Origin: a bacterium
GTDB taxonomy: Bacteria > Patescibacteriota > Patescibacteriia > JACQRZ01
Length of the DNA: 64,000 bases
NCBI GenBank assembly: GCA_023246095.1
Contig: JAHFJA010000002.1
Location: 39,489-103,488, forward strand
Direction of reading: 5' to 3'
Both the position numbers and the translations under genes were made by a program. Shown here one piece after another: positions 18,087 to 28,311 of this stretch. The notes under the pieces were generated by a model. It saw only the letters and a program-made list of their open reading frames with translations, was not told the DNA's origin and made no database searches. The number at the start of each line of letters is the position of its first letter. The stretch's first letter is position 1.

Positions 18087-19154
18087 CTATTCTTGAACCT
18101 CGTCTTGTTCTACATGCTTCAATGTTTCTGGGTGCACCATATATGATAAAGCTTCATCATGGCTAATCAATCCTTTTTTATATAAATCTTTCACACTGGT
18201 ATCCATAGTACACATCCCTTTTCCTGCATTTGTTTGTAACACTGTTTCAATCTGCTGCAACTTATTTTCCCGGATTAATGTCGCAACAGCAGGTGTATTA
18301 AGAAGCACTTCACGCACCGCAATACGCTGTTCGTTTTGCGTAACTACTAATCTTTGAGAAACAACTCCTTTAAGTGTCGTTGCAAGCTGCAAGCGAATCT
18401 GTGTTTGTTGGGAAGGAGGAAAAACATCAACAATACGGCTGATAGTTTCGGCGGCACTAAACGTGTGCAAGGTTGCAAACACCAAATGACCCGTTTCTGC
18501 CAATGTGATCGTTGCTGCAATAGTTTCTAAGTCTCGCATTTCCCCGACCATAATAACATTAGGATCTTGGCGTAAAACATACTTCAAACTTTCACTGAAC
18601 GATCGCATATCTTGTCCCAACTGTCGCTGCCGGATAATAGACTTATTGGGAGTAAAAAGAAACTCAATCGGATCTTCAAGAGTTATGATGTTTTCTCCGC
18701 GATTATTATTGATCGCATCAATCATGGAGGCAAGAGTAGTTGATTTACCACACCCTGCCGGACCCGTAATCAAGACAAGACCATTTTTCATGTTGATGAA
18801 ATTTTGTGCCGCCTCAGGAATATGCAAATCATCCATCGTGGGAATATCTACAGGTATAAGACGCGCCACAAGACCAACACTATTTTTTTCCCACATGAGG
18901 TTAATACGAAAACGCCCTACCCCTTCAATCTCGTGTGAAACGTCCAGCTCTTTTCCGTCATCAAAAAACTCTCTCTGCATTGGTGTCAGAACACTATACG
19001 CAAGATCTTGTACCGAACCTGGGGTCAGCACGTCTTGTTCTTCGATTTCTCGCAGACGCCCACCTGCACGAATAATAGGCCGCTTCCCCACATAGAGATG
19101 CAGATCAGAAGCGGCATGTTGTTGTGCGTAGGTAAGTAATTGATTGAGCGTCAT
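18087..19154 (-). CDS. pilT: PilT-family type IV pilus retraction ATPase (likely start at MTLNQLL; ORF extends to 19208)
   Basis: Walker A LITGPAGCGKSTTLASMIDAIN and the N-terminal AASDLHL motif; ~355 aa. Confidence 0.8.
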   Translation of the reverse strand: MTLNQLLTYAQQHAASDLHLYVGKRPIIRAGGRLREIEEQDVLTPGSVQDLAYSVLTPMQREFFDDGKELDVSHEIEGVGRFRINLMWEKNSVGLVARLIPVDIPTMDDLHIPEAAQNFINMKNGLVLITGPAGCGKSTTLASMIDAINNNRGENIITLEDPIEFLFTPNKSIIRQRQLGQDMRSFSESLKYVLRQDPNVIMVGEMRDLETIAATITLAETGHLVFATLHTFSAAETISRIVDVFPPSQQTQIRLQLATTLKGVVSQRLVVTQNEQRIAVREVLLNTPAVATLIRENKLQQIETVLQTNAGKGMCTMDTSVKDLYKKGLISHDEALSYMVHPETLKHVEQDEVQE

Positions 19155-19223
19155 AGACTTGAGTATAATTGGTAGTGATAGCCTGACACGAGGGAAAACG
19201 GTTGTCAATCCGACTACTCGTAC

Positions 19224-21518
19224 TTAATATATGCGGGTAAGTTGGATACCAGTATAGTAATGAGTCAAGATTTGACCAAACGTACTGCCTGCTGCTGCCA
19301 TCGCTACGGCACCGCGCGCTGACATTCCAACCCCGTGACCCCACAACTTCAATCCTGCACAAAATGGATCGTCTACGCTCTTTAACCACGGCTTTGCACT
19401 TCCTGCCCACACTTCTTCCCATGAACGAGTCCGTCCGTCACTATTTGAGAAATACGGAGTAATAACGATCGAACCGTTATACATAACAACAATTCCTTTT
19501 GTTTCATCCACTGCCCTTGAAAACTGGGGCATACGAACTTCTGCGCCATACCCACGGTACACCTGGTCTGCATCAGTGTTACGAACATTGAAGTTTTCGC
19601 CGGGATATTTGTTGGTACGCATCACAATCTTTGCATAGGTACGAGCAGCAATGACAAGGGATTTCTGGAATTCGTACGGTGAACTATTTGAAGTTTCCCC
19701 TGAACCCTTGAGATATTTCTCTAATGACAAGTCGTTAATCAACCACACTCGATCTTTAGATTCTGAATATCGCACTTCTACCACCGCACGAAATCGATTA
19801 TCGTTTAAAGTTGAACTCCATCCGGGATGATCAGTATAGGATACGATTTCAAAGATAGTATCTTGATCTGGTAAACCAACAAGTGGTGATCCAGTCCCTA
19901 CAAACCGAAGATACGTGGGTGATGTTGTAGTCAAAGAATCTGTCGTCAAAGTATAGATCTTTTGTGCGAAGTCAAAGCTCACTGTTGCAATACTTCCGGC
20001 CTGCAATGCTGCGATAATTTGTCCTTGTCCATTTCGCACGTCAAACGGCTTATTTGCAGTGACCTTTATTGGTTCACGGGAGTTAAAGATTCCAACGCGG
20101 ATATTTGATTCGCTCTCAGTAATAGCATCGACAACTGATGAACCTACCGTTGGGGTAATCACTGGGGCGTTAACAATCGGAGTATCTATAATAGGGGTAG
20201 GGATACCCTCTTGAGCGATTTGGACTTTTGGCGCCCCTTTGACCACCTGCACAGAGAGTACTGCAGTAGCTGAACTCAACGGGACAGAACCTCGATACAA
20301 CGTAAACGTTTCATTATAATTTCCTAAACTTGTCGGTGCTTCAACTTTAAAGGGTGTATAGATTACCTCTCCCGGCTTAACGTCTGTTTTCAGCGTAGCA
20401 ACCCACACCCCGTCATCCCAGGTAGAATGATGGAGATAACTTTCGACACGGGCCGAAGAACGAATACGAATAGGTGTTTCTCCTGCCTTCCACGTAGCGG
20501 TACCGGTATTTTTCCACCCAATCTGAAAATCAGCAGCTTGCAGCTGCCCAATAGTAAGATTTGTTGCCGACTGAATAAGTTTGGTCGCACTAAATGTCCC
20601 ACTTCCACTATCTGATATGACAGTAGGGGCGGTGGGTACAACATTAGAAACGGTTGAAACAACAGGCACCGACTTTGAACTAATTTGTGTATCAGGCACC
20701 CCGCTTCCCACCACCACCGTCAGTGTTGTGTCAGTGCCACTCACCTTCTGTCCAGCGTAACTCAAATAAAAGGTATCAGTATACACTCCATTCGCATCAG
20801 GGGCTTCAATAGTAACCGCAATGTAAATAAGTTCCCCTGGTTTTGCATTTGAAATCCAATCTTTCACCACTGTCGTTGACGCCCATGAACTATGTGCAAG
20901 ATAACTGCTTGTAGCTGATGAAGATCGCAAGCTCAAACCTTGAGAAGGCCACACTGTTGAACCTGTATTTTTTAAACCAATCATGAGATTAGCAGTACCT
21001 TTTTTCCCAAGGCTCATTGTTGATGCGCTCTGAATAAGACGAGTAGCGCTGACGGACTTACTTGCAGTCGTTGATGCGATAACAACCTTTGGGGTGGCCG
21101 CCTTAACTGTTGTCACTTTTTTAGTTGCGACAACAGAACTACTTTTAGTAGTGCTTGTCTTAGTATTTCCTTTTACAATAGAGAAATATGTACGCCCTTT
21201 CCCTGTGTAGGCATCCTTGTTGCTATTGTAATATGCGCTCCTATCGAGAGTACTATATTGAGTTACTGCGTTAACCTCCTGAATTGACGCTGATCTTGCG
21301 AGCCATGAATATACCAAACTATCTGAGTCCGGGATACGTGCTTTGGTTATTTTTTGAGTAACAACGTGTAATGTGAACGAGAGTCCTGCTACAATAAAAA
21401 GAGAAATTGCCATAGCGACAAGCACGCCTGACCATGACACCATCCCCTTTTTCGAATTGAGATTGATCATCCCGTTCGAGTTGTAGTTGTTTGGATTGTA
21501 ATTAAAAACGCCGTTCAT
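19224..21518 (-). CDS. Membrane-anchored protein with two Ig-like repeats and a C-terminal SpoIID/LytB domain
   Basis: C-terminal motifs LVIAARTYA, QVYRGYG, PYFSNSDGRTRSWEEVWG and WGHGVGMSARGAVAMAAAG; N-terminal TM helix. Confidence 0.75.
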   Translation of the reverse strand: MNGVFNYNPNNYNSNGMINLNSKKGMVSWSGVLVAMAISLFIVAGLSFTLHVVTQKITKARIPDSDSLVYSWLARSASIQEVNAVTQYSTLDRSAYYNSNKDAYTGKGRTYFSIVKGNTKTSTTKSSSVVATKKVTTVKAATPKVVIASTTASKSVSATRLIQSASTMSLGKKGTANLMIGLKNTGSTVWPSQGLSLRSSSATSSYLAHSSWASTTVVKDWISNAKPGELIYIAVTIEAPDANGVYTDTFYLSYAGQKVSGTDTTLTVVVGSGVPDTQISSKSVPVVSTVSNVVPTAPTVISDSGSGTFSATKLIQSATNLTIGQLQAADFQIGWKNTGTATWKAGETPIRIRSSARVESYLHHSTWDDGVWVATLKTDVKPGEVIYTPFKVEAPTSLGNYNETFTLYRGSVPLSSATAVLSVQVVKGAPKVQIAQEGIPTPIIDTPIVNAPVITPTVGSSVVDAITESESNIRVGIFNSREPIKVTANKPFDVRNGQGQIIAALQAGSIATVSFDFAQKIYTLTTDSLTTTSPTYLRFVGTGSPLVGLPDQDTIFEIVSYTDHPGWSSTLNDNRFRAVVEVRYSESKDRVWLINDLSLEKYLKGSGETSNSSPYEFQKSLVIAARTYAKIVMRTNKYPGENFNVRNTDADQVYRGYGAEVRMPQFSRAVDETKGIVVMYNGSIVITPYFSNSDGRTRSWEEVWAGSAKPWLKSVDDPFCAGLKLWGHGVGMSARGAVAMAAAGSTFGQILTHYYTGIQLTRIY

Positions 21519-21719
21519 ACAAAAATGCGGCGCCGACCGTTCGAGTTCATTGGTATAAGTACCTTATTGTGTCATAGATACTTAGTAAACTCACGCATTA
21601 AATATACCATTTTCCTCCCCTTTCGTCAATCATCACTATGTGTATAAATATGGTATCCAGCGAAAAAATGCTATAATGAAAAGAACGAATAGCTGTATCA
21701 CATTATTGTTCACTATCTT

Positions 21720-23150
21720 ATGTCGAAGGCACAGGCGATTCTAACCCACACGGTTATACAAATCATCTCCAAAGGACTCAATATTGCACTGGGATTGGCA
21801 GCCTTTTCACTGTTAACCCAATATTTAGGACAGGAAGGCTTTGGGCAGTACACCATCATAACCACATTTTTGGGTATATTTGGCGTTATGGCTGATATGG
21901 GCCTTTCCATCATTGCCATTCAGATGATGAGTGAACAACCCGAAAAAGAAGGAGATATTTTTAACACAGTACTTTCTATCCGGATTGTCACCGCACTTAT
22001 CGCTCTGGGAATTGCTCCTTTTATCGCTCTTCTCTTCCCTTACACAGGCATAGTAAAAGTCGGTATTGCCCTCACCTTTCTTTCTTTTTTCTTTTCATCG
22101 CTCATTCAGCTTTTTACCGCCCTCTTTCAACAACGAGTGGCTATGGTATTCCCCTCTTATGCGGATGCTGTCGGCCGGCTTATTCTTTTAGGTGGAGTCA
22201 TCGCCGCGATGGTGTTTCATCGAGGATTGTATGAGATTCTTATAATAACAGTACTAGCAAATGCCACCCAGTGTCTTCTTCTTTATATCAAAGCACGAAA
22301 AATTTTCCCTATTACTATCGCCATCGACCGCGCGATTGCCCGTGATGTATTTACCCGCAGTTGGCCTATCGCCCTATCGGTAACCTTTAATCTTATTTAT
22401 CTAAAAGCAGACATCCTCATCCTTTCCCTCTTTCGTCCCGAAGGAGATGTAGGTCTGTATGGTGCTTCATATCGCATACTTGAGGTGTTAGTTACCATTC
22501 CTATGATGTTTATGGGTATCACTCTTTCGAGTTTTGCAAATGCTTGGGCCCAAAAAGATTACGCACGATTTAGTCGTTATTTGCAAAAAAGTTTTGACGC
22601 CATGATTATCATTGCAGTCCCCCTCGTCGTGGGTACCATCATCGTTGCTCCTGATCTTATGACTTTTATCTCTGGTAAAGAATTTGCAGTGTCGGGACAA
22701 ATCTTACGCATACTGATCGTCGCATCGGGGATGGTGTTTGTCGGTACTCTCTTTGGGCACCTCATAAATATCATAAACGCACAAAAAACAATGCTGTGGG
22801 GTTACGCAGCGGGAGCAATCGGTGGTCTAGTTGGATATCTCATATTCATTCCTCTCTTTTCATTTTGGGGAGCGGCATGGATGACCGTCGTGACCGAAGG
22901 AGCCATTATGGTTATTGGTTTTATAGTTTTTTATCGACGAACCCACTTGCGGCCAAAACTTAAGCGACTACCCGCGATCATTGCTGCTAGTGGTATAATG
23001 GGACTGCTTGTTTGGTTTAGTTCGACCCATCTTCCTTTGCTCATAGTCTTGCTTATTGGCATTATCTCCTACCCTCTTGTTCTTTTGCTACTAAAAGGCA
23101 TATCTATTCATGAGGTCCGACTCCTCCTTCCTTCCAAAAAAAGCTTATAA
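21720..23150 (+). CDS. MOP-superfamily polysaccharide or lipid-linked oligosaccharide flippase (Wzx/MurJ-like), ~14 predicted TM helices
   Basis: 476 aa, highly hydrophobic throughout; N-terminal region resembles the polysaccharide biosynthesis protein family. Confidence 0.65.
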   Translation: MSKAQAILTHTVIQIISKGLNIALGLAAFSLLTQYLGQEGFGQYTIITTFLGIFGVMADMGLSIIAIQMMSEQPEKEGDIFNTVLSIRIVTALIALGIAPFIALLFPYTGIVKVGIALTFLSFFFSSLIQLFTALFQQRVAMVFPSYADAVGRLILLGGVIAAMVFHRGLYEILIITVLANATQCLLLYIKARKIFPITIAIDRAIARDVFTRSWPIALSVTFNLIYLKADILILSLFRPEGDVGLYGASYRILEVLVTIPMMFMGITLSSFANAWAQKDYARFSRYLQKSFDAMIIIAVPLVVGTIIVAPDLMTFISGKEFAVSGQILRILIVASGMVFVGTLFGHLINIINAQKTMLWGYAAGAIGGLVGYLIFIPLFSFWGAAWMTVVTEGAIMVIGFIVFYRRTHLRPKLKRLPAIIAASGIMGLLVWFSSTHLPLLIVLLIGIISYPLVLLLLKGISIHEVRLLLPSKKSL

Positions 23151-23179
23151 TATAGAGGTTTAGCTGTTTAAGGCAGTCT

Positions 23180-23205
23180 ATTGCCTTTTTACGGAGTGCG
23201 TGGTA
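23180..23205 (+). terminator. Probable terminator (aaggca-gtctat-tgcctt then a T-tract)
   Basis: Hairpin read from the sequence. Confidence 0.35.
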
Positions 23206-23248
23206 TTATTGCCGTACTAATTCACCCAATTACCAAACCATATCACGT

Positions 23249-23809
23249 ATGAAACACTATGAGCTTCTTACGTTGGTGAGTGGGAAGTACGCCGAACACG
23301 AACTGGAACCGGTCACTACGTTGATCGATGATACTCTTCGCAAGCACGGCGCACTCATTCAATTCACCAACTCTTGGGGACGAAGGAAACTTGCGTACCC
23401 AGTAGACCATAATTTTTATGGCTACTACATCTTCTCGGAGTTTGATTGCGATCCAAGTACGGTCAACTTGATCAACAGAGACTTGGAGCTTTCCAATGAA
23501 ATCCTCCGGCACCACATCGAAATTAAAGTTCCTGGCCTTGCCCCTCTCATCCCATTTGGCGGTGCAAAAGAAACTCTCTCGCTTTCGCCTCGCGAACGGG
23601 AGCATCGTGGATCATCGAGCGATCGCCCTTCTGAATCCCCTAAACAAATCAGGGCAGTTGTCGATCAAGCAGTCACTGATGTTACCGGAGACCTTGACCA
23701 AAAAACATCAGAATCAGTCGGAACACCTCCATCACTCGAGCCTGTTTCGGTAGACACCGATGAGCTCAATAAAAAACTTGATGAAATCCTTAACAATGAA
23801 ATCGTCTAA
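23249..23809 (+). CDS. rpsF: 30S ribosomal protein S6 with long acidic C-terminal extension
   Basis: WGRRKLAYPV motif and overall S6 core; first gene of the rpsF-ssb-rpsR cluster. Confidence 0.85.
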   Translation: MKHYELLTLVSGKYAEHELEPVTTLIDDTLRKHGALIQFTNSWGRRKLAYPVDHNFYGYYIFSEFDCDPSTVNLINRDLELSNEILRHHIEIKVPGLAPLIPFGGAKETLSLSPREREHRGSSSDRPSESPKQIRAVVDQAVTDVTGDLDQKTSESVGTPPSLEPVSVDTDELNKKLDEILNNEIV

Positions 23810-23838
23810 ATTGAGATAACCTCTAACCATACCCATCT

Positions 23839-24288
23839 ATGGACCTCAACAAAGTGATGCTTATCGGACGCCTTACAAAAGATCCTGAAATGCGTACTAC
23901 GCCTTCAGGCCAGCAGGTAGCCAGTTTTTCAATGGCTACGAATCGCTATTTCAACGACCAAGCTGGTGCACGCCAAGAAAAGGTTGAGTTCCATAACGTT
24001 ACCGCATGGGGCAAGCTGGCAGAAATCTGCTCACAATATCTTGGCAAAGGACGACGTGCATATATTGAAGGTCGTCTTCAGACTCGTGACTGGGTCGGAC
24101 AGGACGGTGTCAAACGTTACAGCACTGATATCGTTGCCGAGAACTTGATTATGCTTGATGCGCCAACCGGTACTGGCGGAGGAAATGGTGGCACTCGCCC
24201 TATGAACTCACAGCCAACTGCGACACGGATGGATAACCAAGGAGAAGTGGTAGAGGAAGAGCACACGCTCGAAACAATCCCATTTTAG
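23839..24288 (+). CDS. ssb: Single-stranded DNA-binding protein
   Basis: OB-fold core (LIGRLTKDPE ... NVTAWGKLAE ... YIEGRLQTRDW), Gly-rich tail ending in IPF. Confidence 0.9.
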   Translation: MDLNKVMLIGRLTKDPEMRTTPSGQQVASFSMATNRYFNDQAGARQEKVEFHNVTAWGKLAEICSQYLGKGRRAYIEGRLQTRDWVGQDGVKRYSTDIVAENLIMLDAPTGTGGGNGGTRPMNSQPTATRMDNQGEVVEEEHTLETIPF

Positions 24289-24309
24289 TTCGATTCCCTC
24301 TTTATATTT

Positions 24310-24531
24310 ATGATGAAACAATCACCAATCAAAAAACATTGCCGACTCTGCGCTCATAACGTCCTTCATGTAGACTATAAGGACGTGCAAACATTGCGAC
24401 GCTTTATTTCCTCATACGGTAAAATTACTCCACGTCGTCGTAATGGTCTTTGCGCTTCACATCAACGAAAGACAGGAAATGCCATCAAGAATGCTCGTAT
24501 CATGGCTCTTCTTCCGTTTGTAGTACGATAA
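24310..24531 (+). CDS. rpsR: 30S ribosomal protein S18
   Basis: 73 aa; the [13 protein letters not shown] and [10 protein letters not shown] motifs. Confidence 0.9.
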   Translation: MMKQSPIKKHCRLCAHNVLHVDYKDVQTLRRFISSYGKITPRRRNGLCASHQRKTGNAIKNARIMALLPFVVR

Positions 24532-24558
24532 AACGTCTTACCTGTAACGTACAACCCC

Positions 24559-25128
24559 ATGGCAGTCCTCCCAAACCTTAACTCGATTCGAGTAGGTCTT
24601 AATGTCTTGGTCAATAATGAGCCGTATCAAGTGTTAACGGCTAACTTCGTGCGCATGCAACAAAGAAAGCCGGTTATGCAAACCAAGCTTCGTAACCTTA
24701 TCAATGGCAAGGTCTTAGAAATCAGTTTCAAACCAGGCGATCGTATTGAAGAAGCAGACATGATGAAAAAACCCGCTGACTTTTTGTATCAAGATCCCAG
24801 TGGTGTGTATTTCATGGACAAAGAAAGCTACGAACAATTCAATGTTGAAGCACAGACCCTTGGTGATCGAACAAAACTTCTGAAAGAAGGAAGCTCTGTC
24901 AGTGTTCTCTACTTCAATGACAAACCTATCACGATTGAACTACCTCCTAAAGTAGAGCTCAAAGTGGTTTCTGCTCCTCCAGGACTCAAAGGTGACACCG
25001 CAAGTGGTGGGTCAAAGCAAGTAACTCTTGATGGTGGATTTGTTACCAACGCTCCTTTGTTTATCAAAGAAGGTGATGTACTGAGGATCAATACCGAGAC
25101 GGGTGAATACGTAGAGCGCGTAACATAA
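24559..25128 (+). CDS. efp: Elongation factor P
   Basis: 189 aa; the conserved FMDKESYEQF motif and overall EF-P architecture. Confidence 0.85.
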   Translation: MAVLPNLNSIRVGLNVLVNNEPYQVLTANFVRMQQRKPVMQTKLRNLINGKVLEISFKPGDRIEEADMMKKPADFLYQDPSGVYFMDKESYEQFNVEAQTLGDRTKLLKEGSSVSVLYFNDKPITIELPPKVELKVVSAPPGLKGDTASGGSKQVTLDGGFVTNAPLFIKEGDVLRINTETGEYVERVT

Positions 25129-25148
25129 TAATTATTTTTCCTACATGT

Positions 25149-25176
25149 AAAAAGGAACCGTTTCGGTTCCTTTTTT
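25149..25176. terminator. Bidirectional terminator between efp (+) and the SDR gene (-)
   Basis: Perfect hairpin aaaaaggaaccg-tttc-ggttcctttttt. Confidence 0.6.
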
Positions 25177-25181
25177 GATAA

Positions 25182-25934
25182 TTATTTTGAATATTTTACC
25201 TTTAGGTCTTCCAACTCGTGGATTCCAATATAAGGAATAACTTCCCCCGTAACATGAGCCGCATCTGGTGATAACAACCACATAATTAACTGTGCGACCT
25301 CTTCTGGCTTAGCAATATAAGGAGCTGGATCCTTACTTCGTGTTTTCTCACTCACCATGGGCGTATCTACATATCCTGGAGAGACCGCATTAACTCGAAC
25401 TTGAGGATATTCCTTTGCTATACAACGGGTCATGATATCCAAGGCGGCCTTTGACATCGCATAATCTATTGAACGTCCTCTTGGCATGTGTCCAGACAAC
25501 GAAGAGATATTTACAATCGCTCCTTTATTGACTGAAAGATCGGGAATAAAGCGCTGACATAAAAAGAATGGTATTCTTGCATTAACGTTCATGCACCATA
25601 TCCAATTGGTCTGCGTTACAAGCGGGAATTCTTTTTGAAAAGACTTCACCCCTGCATTGTTTATCAACACATCTATTGCACCGATCGTATATTGTTTACT
25701 TACCACCGCCTGATGGAGCGTATCTATCGAATCAGACTGCAAGAGGTCAACTCCGACGATTTTTACTTCCCCACCATACTCCTTGAGCTGCCTCGCAAAC
25801 GCCAGAATATCTTTATCTCTTTCACGACAATGCAAGAATAGATTGGCACCATTTTCGGCACACGCACGCGCAATTGCCCTGCCAAGTCCACCGCCTGCTC
25901 CTGTTATCAATACTGTTTTATTTTTTAAGAACAT
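25182..25934 (-). CDS. Short-chain dehydrogenase/reductase (SDR) family oxidoreductase (ORF extends to 25979; Rossmann motif begins after the internal Met)
   Basis: TGAGGGLG nucleotide-binding motif, NNAG motif, YAMSKAAL catalytic YxxxK. Confidence 0.8.
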   Translation of the reverse strand: MFLKNKTVLITGAGGGLGRAIARACAENGANLFLHCRERDKDILAFARQLKEYGGEVKIVGVDLLQSDSIDTLHQAVVSKQYTIGAIDVLINNAGVKSFQKEFPLVTQTNWIWCMNVNARIPFFLCQRFIPDLSVNKGAIVNISSLSGHMPRGRSIDYAMSKAALDIMTRCIAKEYPQVRVNAVSPGYVDTPMVSEKTRSKDPAPYIAKPEEVAQLIMWLLSPDAAHVTGEVIPYIGIHELEDLKVKYSK

Positions 25935-26032
25935 ATTGTTCCCCTCCTCAGCTAGAATACCGTGAGTGATAGTATACAACAGAATATGAGGAGGTCAACA
26001 GTACGTTTCCTTGATGTGCCAATTCTGCACAA

Positions 26033-26881
26033 TTAAAATAATTTGAATTTCTGAACCACTTCTTGTGGTACAAAAAAATTCTTAGACATTTTTTTACGTA
26101 ACCGTCGTGCTTTCACTCGATTACGTTCAACGATAAGACGCACTTTTTTCTTTTCAATGCCAATCTCGTGCAAGCGCTCCTCGAGTATGGCCATGGTGGT
26201 ACTTTTTTGATAACAGTCTTCTATTTTTTTTACGAGGAGCTTGGATAAACGCGTCGTTACGATATAGTCGTTAAAAATGGCAGGATAATCTGTTTTTGAA
26301 AAATATTCGACACTTGTCGCTACTTGCATATACTCATTCTGCAATTCTTTTTTCATTGCACGATCATGAATCGTGTCGCCACCCAGTTGGCAAAAAGCAT
26401 ATACTTTTTTCTCTGCAAATGAAGAGAAATAAGCATACTCGCTTACCTTGCGGGTTTCGTTGAGATGAATCCATATCTCATGAGGTTCATAAAGAAATAT
26501 CGGCTCCTCTGGATGAGCTTGGTGAAGAGGGAATACTATATTTTTCCAATACTGATCCAAATGAACAAGCGAAGAGAGCTCAAAACTAATTTTTTCACCA
26601 TCTGACAAACTCAAACCAAAGGCTGTTTTACTTAATCTTTCGACCACCCTATTCCTCCACTCTTCGTTTAAGGAATATATAGTTGCTCGCTTTATTATTA
26701 TCTCTTGAGATAAAAGAATACCCAGACTTTTATAAAGACCTTGGATCGTTACATGCATAGATTCATCGTGAAGAAGTTTCTGCAGGTCTTTTACGGCGTG
26801 GGCATTGTTGAGAAGAAGTCTAATTACCCTGTCTTCAAGTGACTCTTTTGTTGAAAAAATCATATATTTAAAGTATAGCAT
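26033..26881 (-). CDS. Hypothetical protein (282 aa)
   Basis: ORF track; no motif recognised. Confidence 0.5.
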   Translation of the reverse strand: MLYFKYMIFSTKESLEDRVIRLLLNNAHAVKDLQKLLHDESMHVTIQGLYKSLGILLSQEIIIKRATIYSLNEEWRNRVVERLSKTAFGLSLSDGEKISFELSSLVHLDQYWKNIVFPLHQAHPEEPIFLYEPHEIWIHLNETRKVSEYAYFSSFAEKKVYAFCQLGGDTIHDRAMKKELQNEYMQVATSVEYFSKTDYPAIFNDYIVTTRLSKLLVKKIEDCYQKSTTMAILEERLHEIGIEKKKVRLIVERNRVKARRLRKKMSKNFFVPQEVVQKFKLF

Positions 26882-26983
26882 ACTTTAAACTTTTTGTTTA
26901 ATTTCTTGCCATTTTAGCCTCTATTTTTCTAATATTGACCATTTACGTCATAATTACTTTATAAGTAAAAGTTAAATAAAAAT

Positions 26984-27658
26984 ATGACAAATTTATCAAA
27001 ACAATATAACAATTTTAGTGAATCATTTTCTCATTATGTCTCTAGTACAGATGACGTAATTAGAAAACCATTTTATCAATCTCTTTCCTTTGACTTTAAA
27101 GGTAAGAAGTTGCTCGATATGGCGTGTGGGGACGGACAAGATATTTCGGAGTACGAAAAGCGCGGGGCCCAATGTTTTGGAGTTGATGCTTCTGAAAACC
27201 TTATAGCAGAAGCGAAAAGAAATCGCCCTAATATTGATTTCAAGGTTGGTGATATGCGCACTCTCCCCTATCAAGATAACTCTTTTGATGTCGTGCTTTC
27301 AAAGTATGCCTTGGGGACTGTTGAGGATATAGGTGCGGTATTTTCTGAGGCATCACGTGTCTTAAAGAGTGGGGGCATGTTTGCCTACCTCACCACTCAC
27401 CCAATGCGTCTTTTTATGGAACAACCAGGTGATGTTAAAAAGGATTACTTCACCCAAAAAGATGTTGACATGGTGTTATTTGGTGGGGCATTTACCATCA
27501 CAGAGCCGAGTCATACGTTCAATGAATTTTTGAGTCCAAAGTACTTTAACCATTTCGACATGGTTTACTTTTCGGAGCATCACGACCCTCAATCTGCCGA
27601 TCTTCCTGGTCGCGACATCTATCCCGACTTCTTTATCGTCGTGGGGAAAAAGAAATAA
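26984..27658 (+). CDS. Class I SAM-dependent methyltransferase
   Basis: Motif I LLDMACGDGQD; the PYQDNSFDVV motif II/post-I region. Confidence 0.8.
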   Translation: MTNLSKQYNNFSESFSHYVSSTDDVIRKPFYQSLSFDFKGKKLLDMACGDGQDISEYEKRGAQCFGVDASENLIAEAKRNRPNIDFKVGDMRTLPYQDNSFDVVLSKYALGTVEDIGAVFSEASRVLKSGGMFAYLTTHPMRLFMEQPGDVKKDYFTQKDVDMVLFGGAFTITEPSHTFNEFLSPKYFNHFDMVYFSEHHDPQSADLPGRDIYPDFFIVVGKKK

Positions 27659-27661
27659 TAT

Positions 27662-28189
27662 ATGAACATCGCTATTATTTCTTCAGCACATCCTGATGTG
27701 CCAGATTTCATTGTGCCTACACTCAATAAATTAATTGAACAATTGAAAACAATGCCAAACATGAAACTTCTCACTGGAGGATCCCTTGGTGTACCTGGCC
27801 AAATCGTACAAAAAGCCAATAAAGCAGGTATTCATACCATCGCCTACTCTCCTGATGAAAATATTGAGAACCATCATCGTCGTCACGACAATCTTGCGTT
27901 GCATCACTTCAATGAAGTCAAACATTTTTGTGGCTTCACTATGCGAAGCCTTGCGATGTTGCAGGATGCTGATGGAGTACTGGCACTCAATGGTCGTATG
28001 GGAACTTTGTCCGAATTTACCATCGCACTTGAAGAGGGAAAACGAGTAGCTGTCCTCACGAACACGGGCGGTGTCGCTGACCATCTTCAAAACATCACCG
28101 GCGTGATACAGAAAGATTTTTCAAAGAATCTGTTCTTCTCGGACGATCCTAAAATGGTAATACAATGGCTTGCAGAAAACCACGATTAA
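27662..28189 (+). CDS. LOG/SLOG-like Rossmann-fold protein (TIGR00725-like)
   Basis: The LLTGGSLGVPG motif and the DADGVLALNGRMGTLSEF motif characteristic of the LOG/DprA-like fold. Confidence 0.5.
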   Translation: MNIAIISSAHPDVPDFIVPTLNKLIEQLKTMPNMKLLTGGSLGVPGQIVQKANKAGIHTIAYSPDENIENHHRRHDNLALHHFNEVKHFCGFTMRSLAMLQDADGVLALNGRMGTLSEFTIALEEGKRVAVLTNTGGVADHLQNITGVIQKDFSKNLFFSDDPKMVIQWLAENHD

Positions 28190-28198
28190 AATTCAGTT

Positions 28199-28237
28199 TA
28201 AACAAAACGAGCCCATCAGGTGCTCGTTTTGTTTTTA
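28199..28237 (+). terminator. Rho-independent terminator (aaacaaaacgagc ... gctcgttttgttt)
   Basis: 13-bp perfect stem plus a T-tract. Confidence 0.6.
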
Positions 28238-28311
28238 TGATCCCTTGTTTTTGTGCTCGTTATCTAGTAGTGTGTCTATAGTAAAAAGATTAATAGTAGC
28301 AGCAACTCAAT

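Noticed and set aside
18505-19095. 196-aa plus-strand ORF
   Set aside because: Fully antisense to pilT, which carries unmistakable Walker A and PilT motifs. Spurious.
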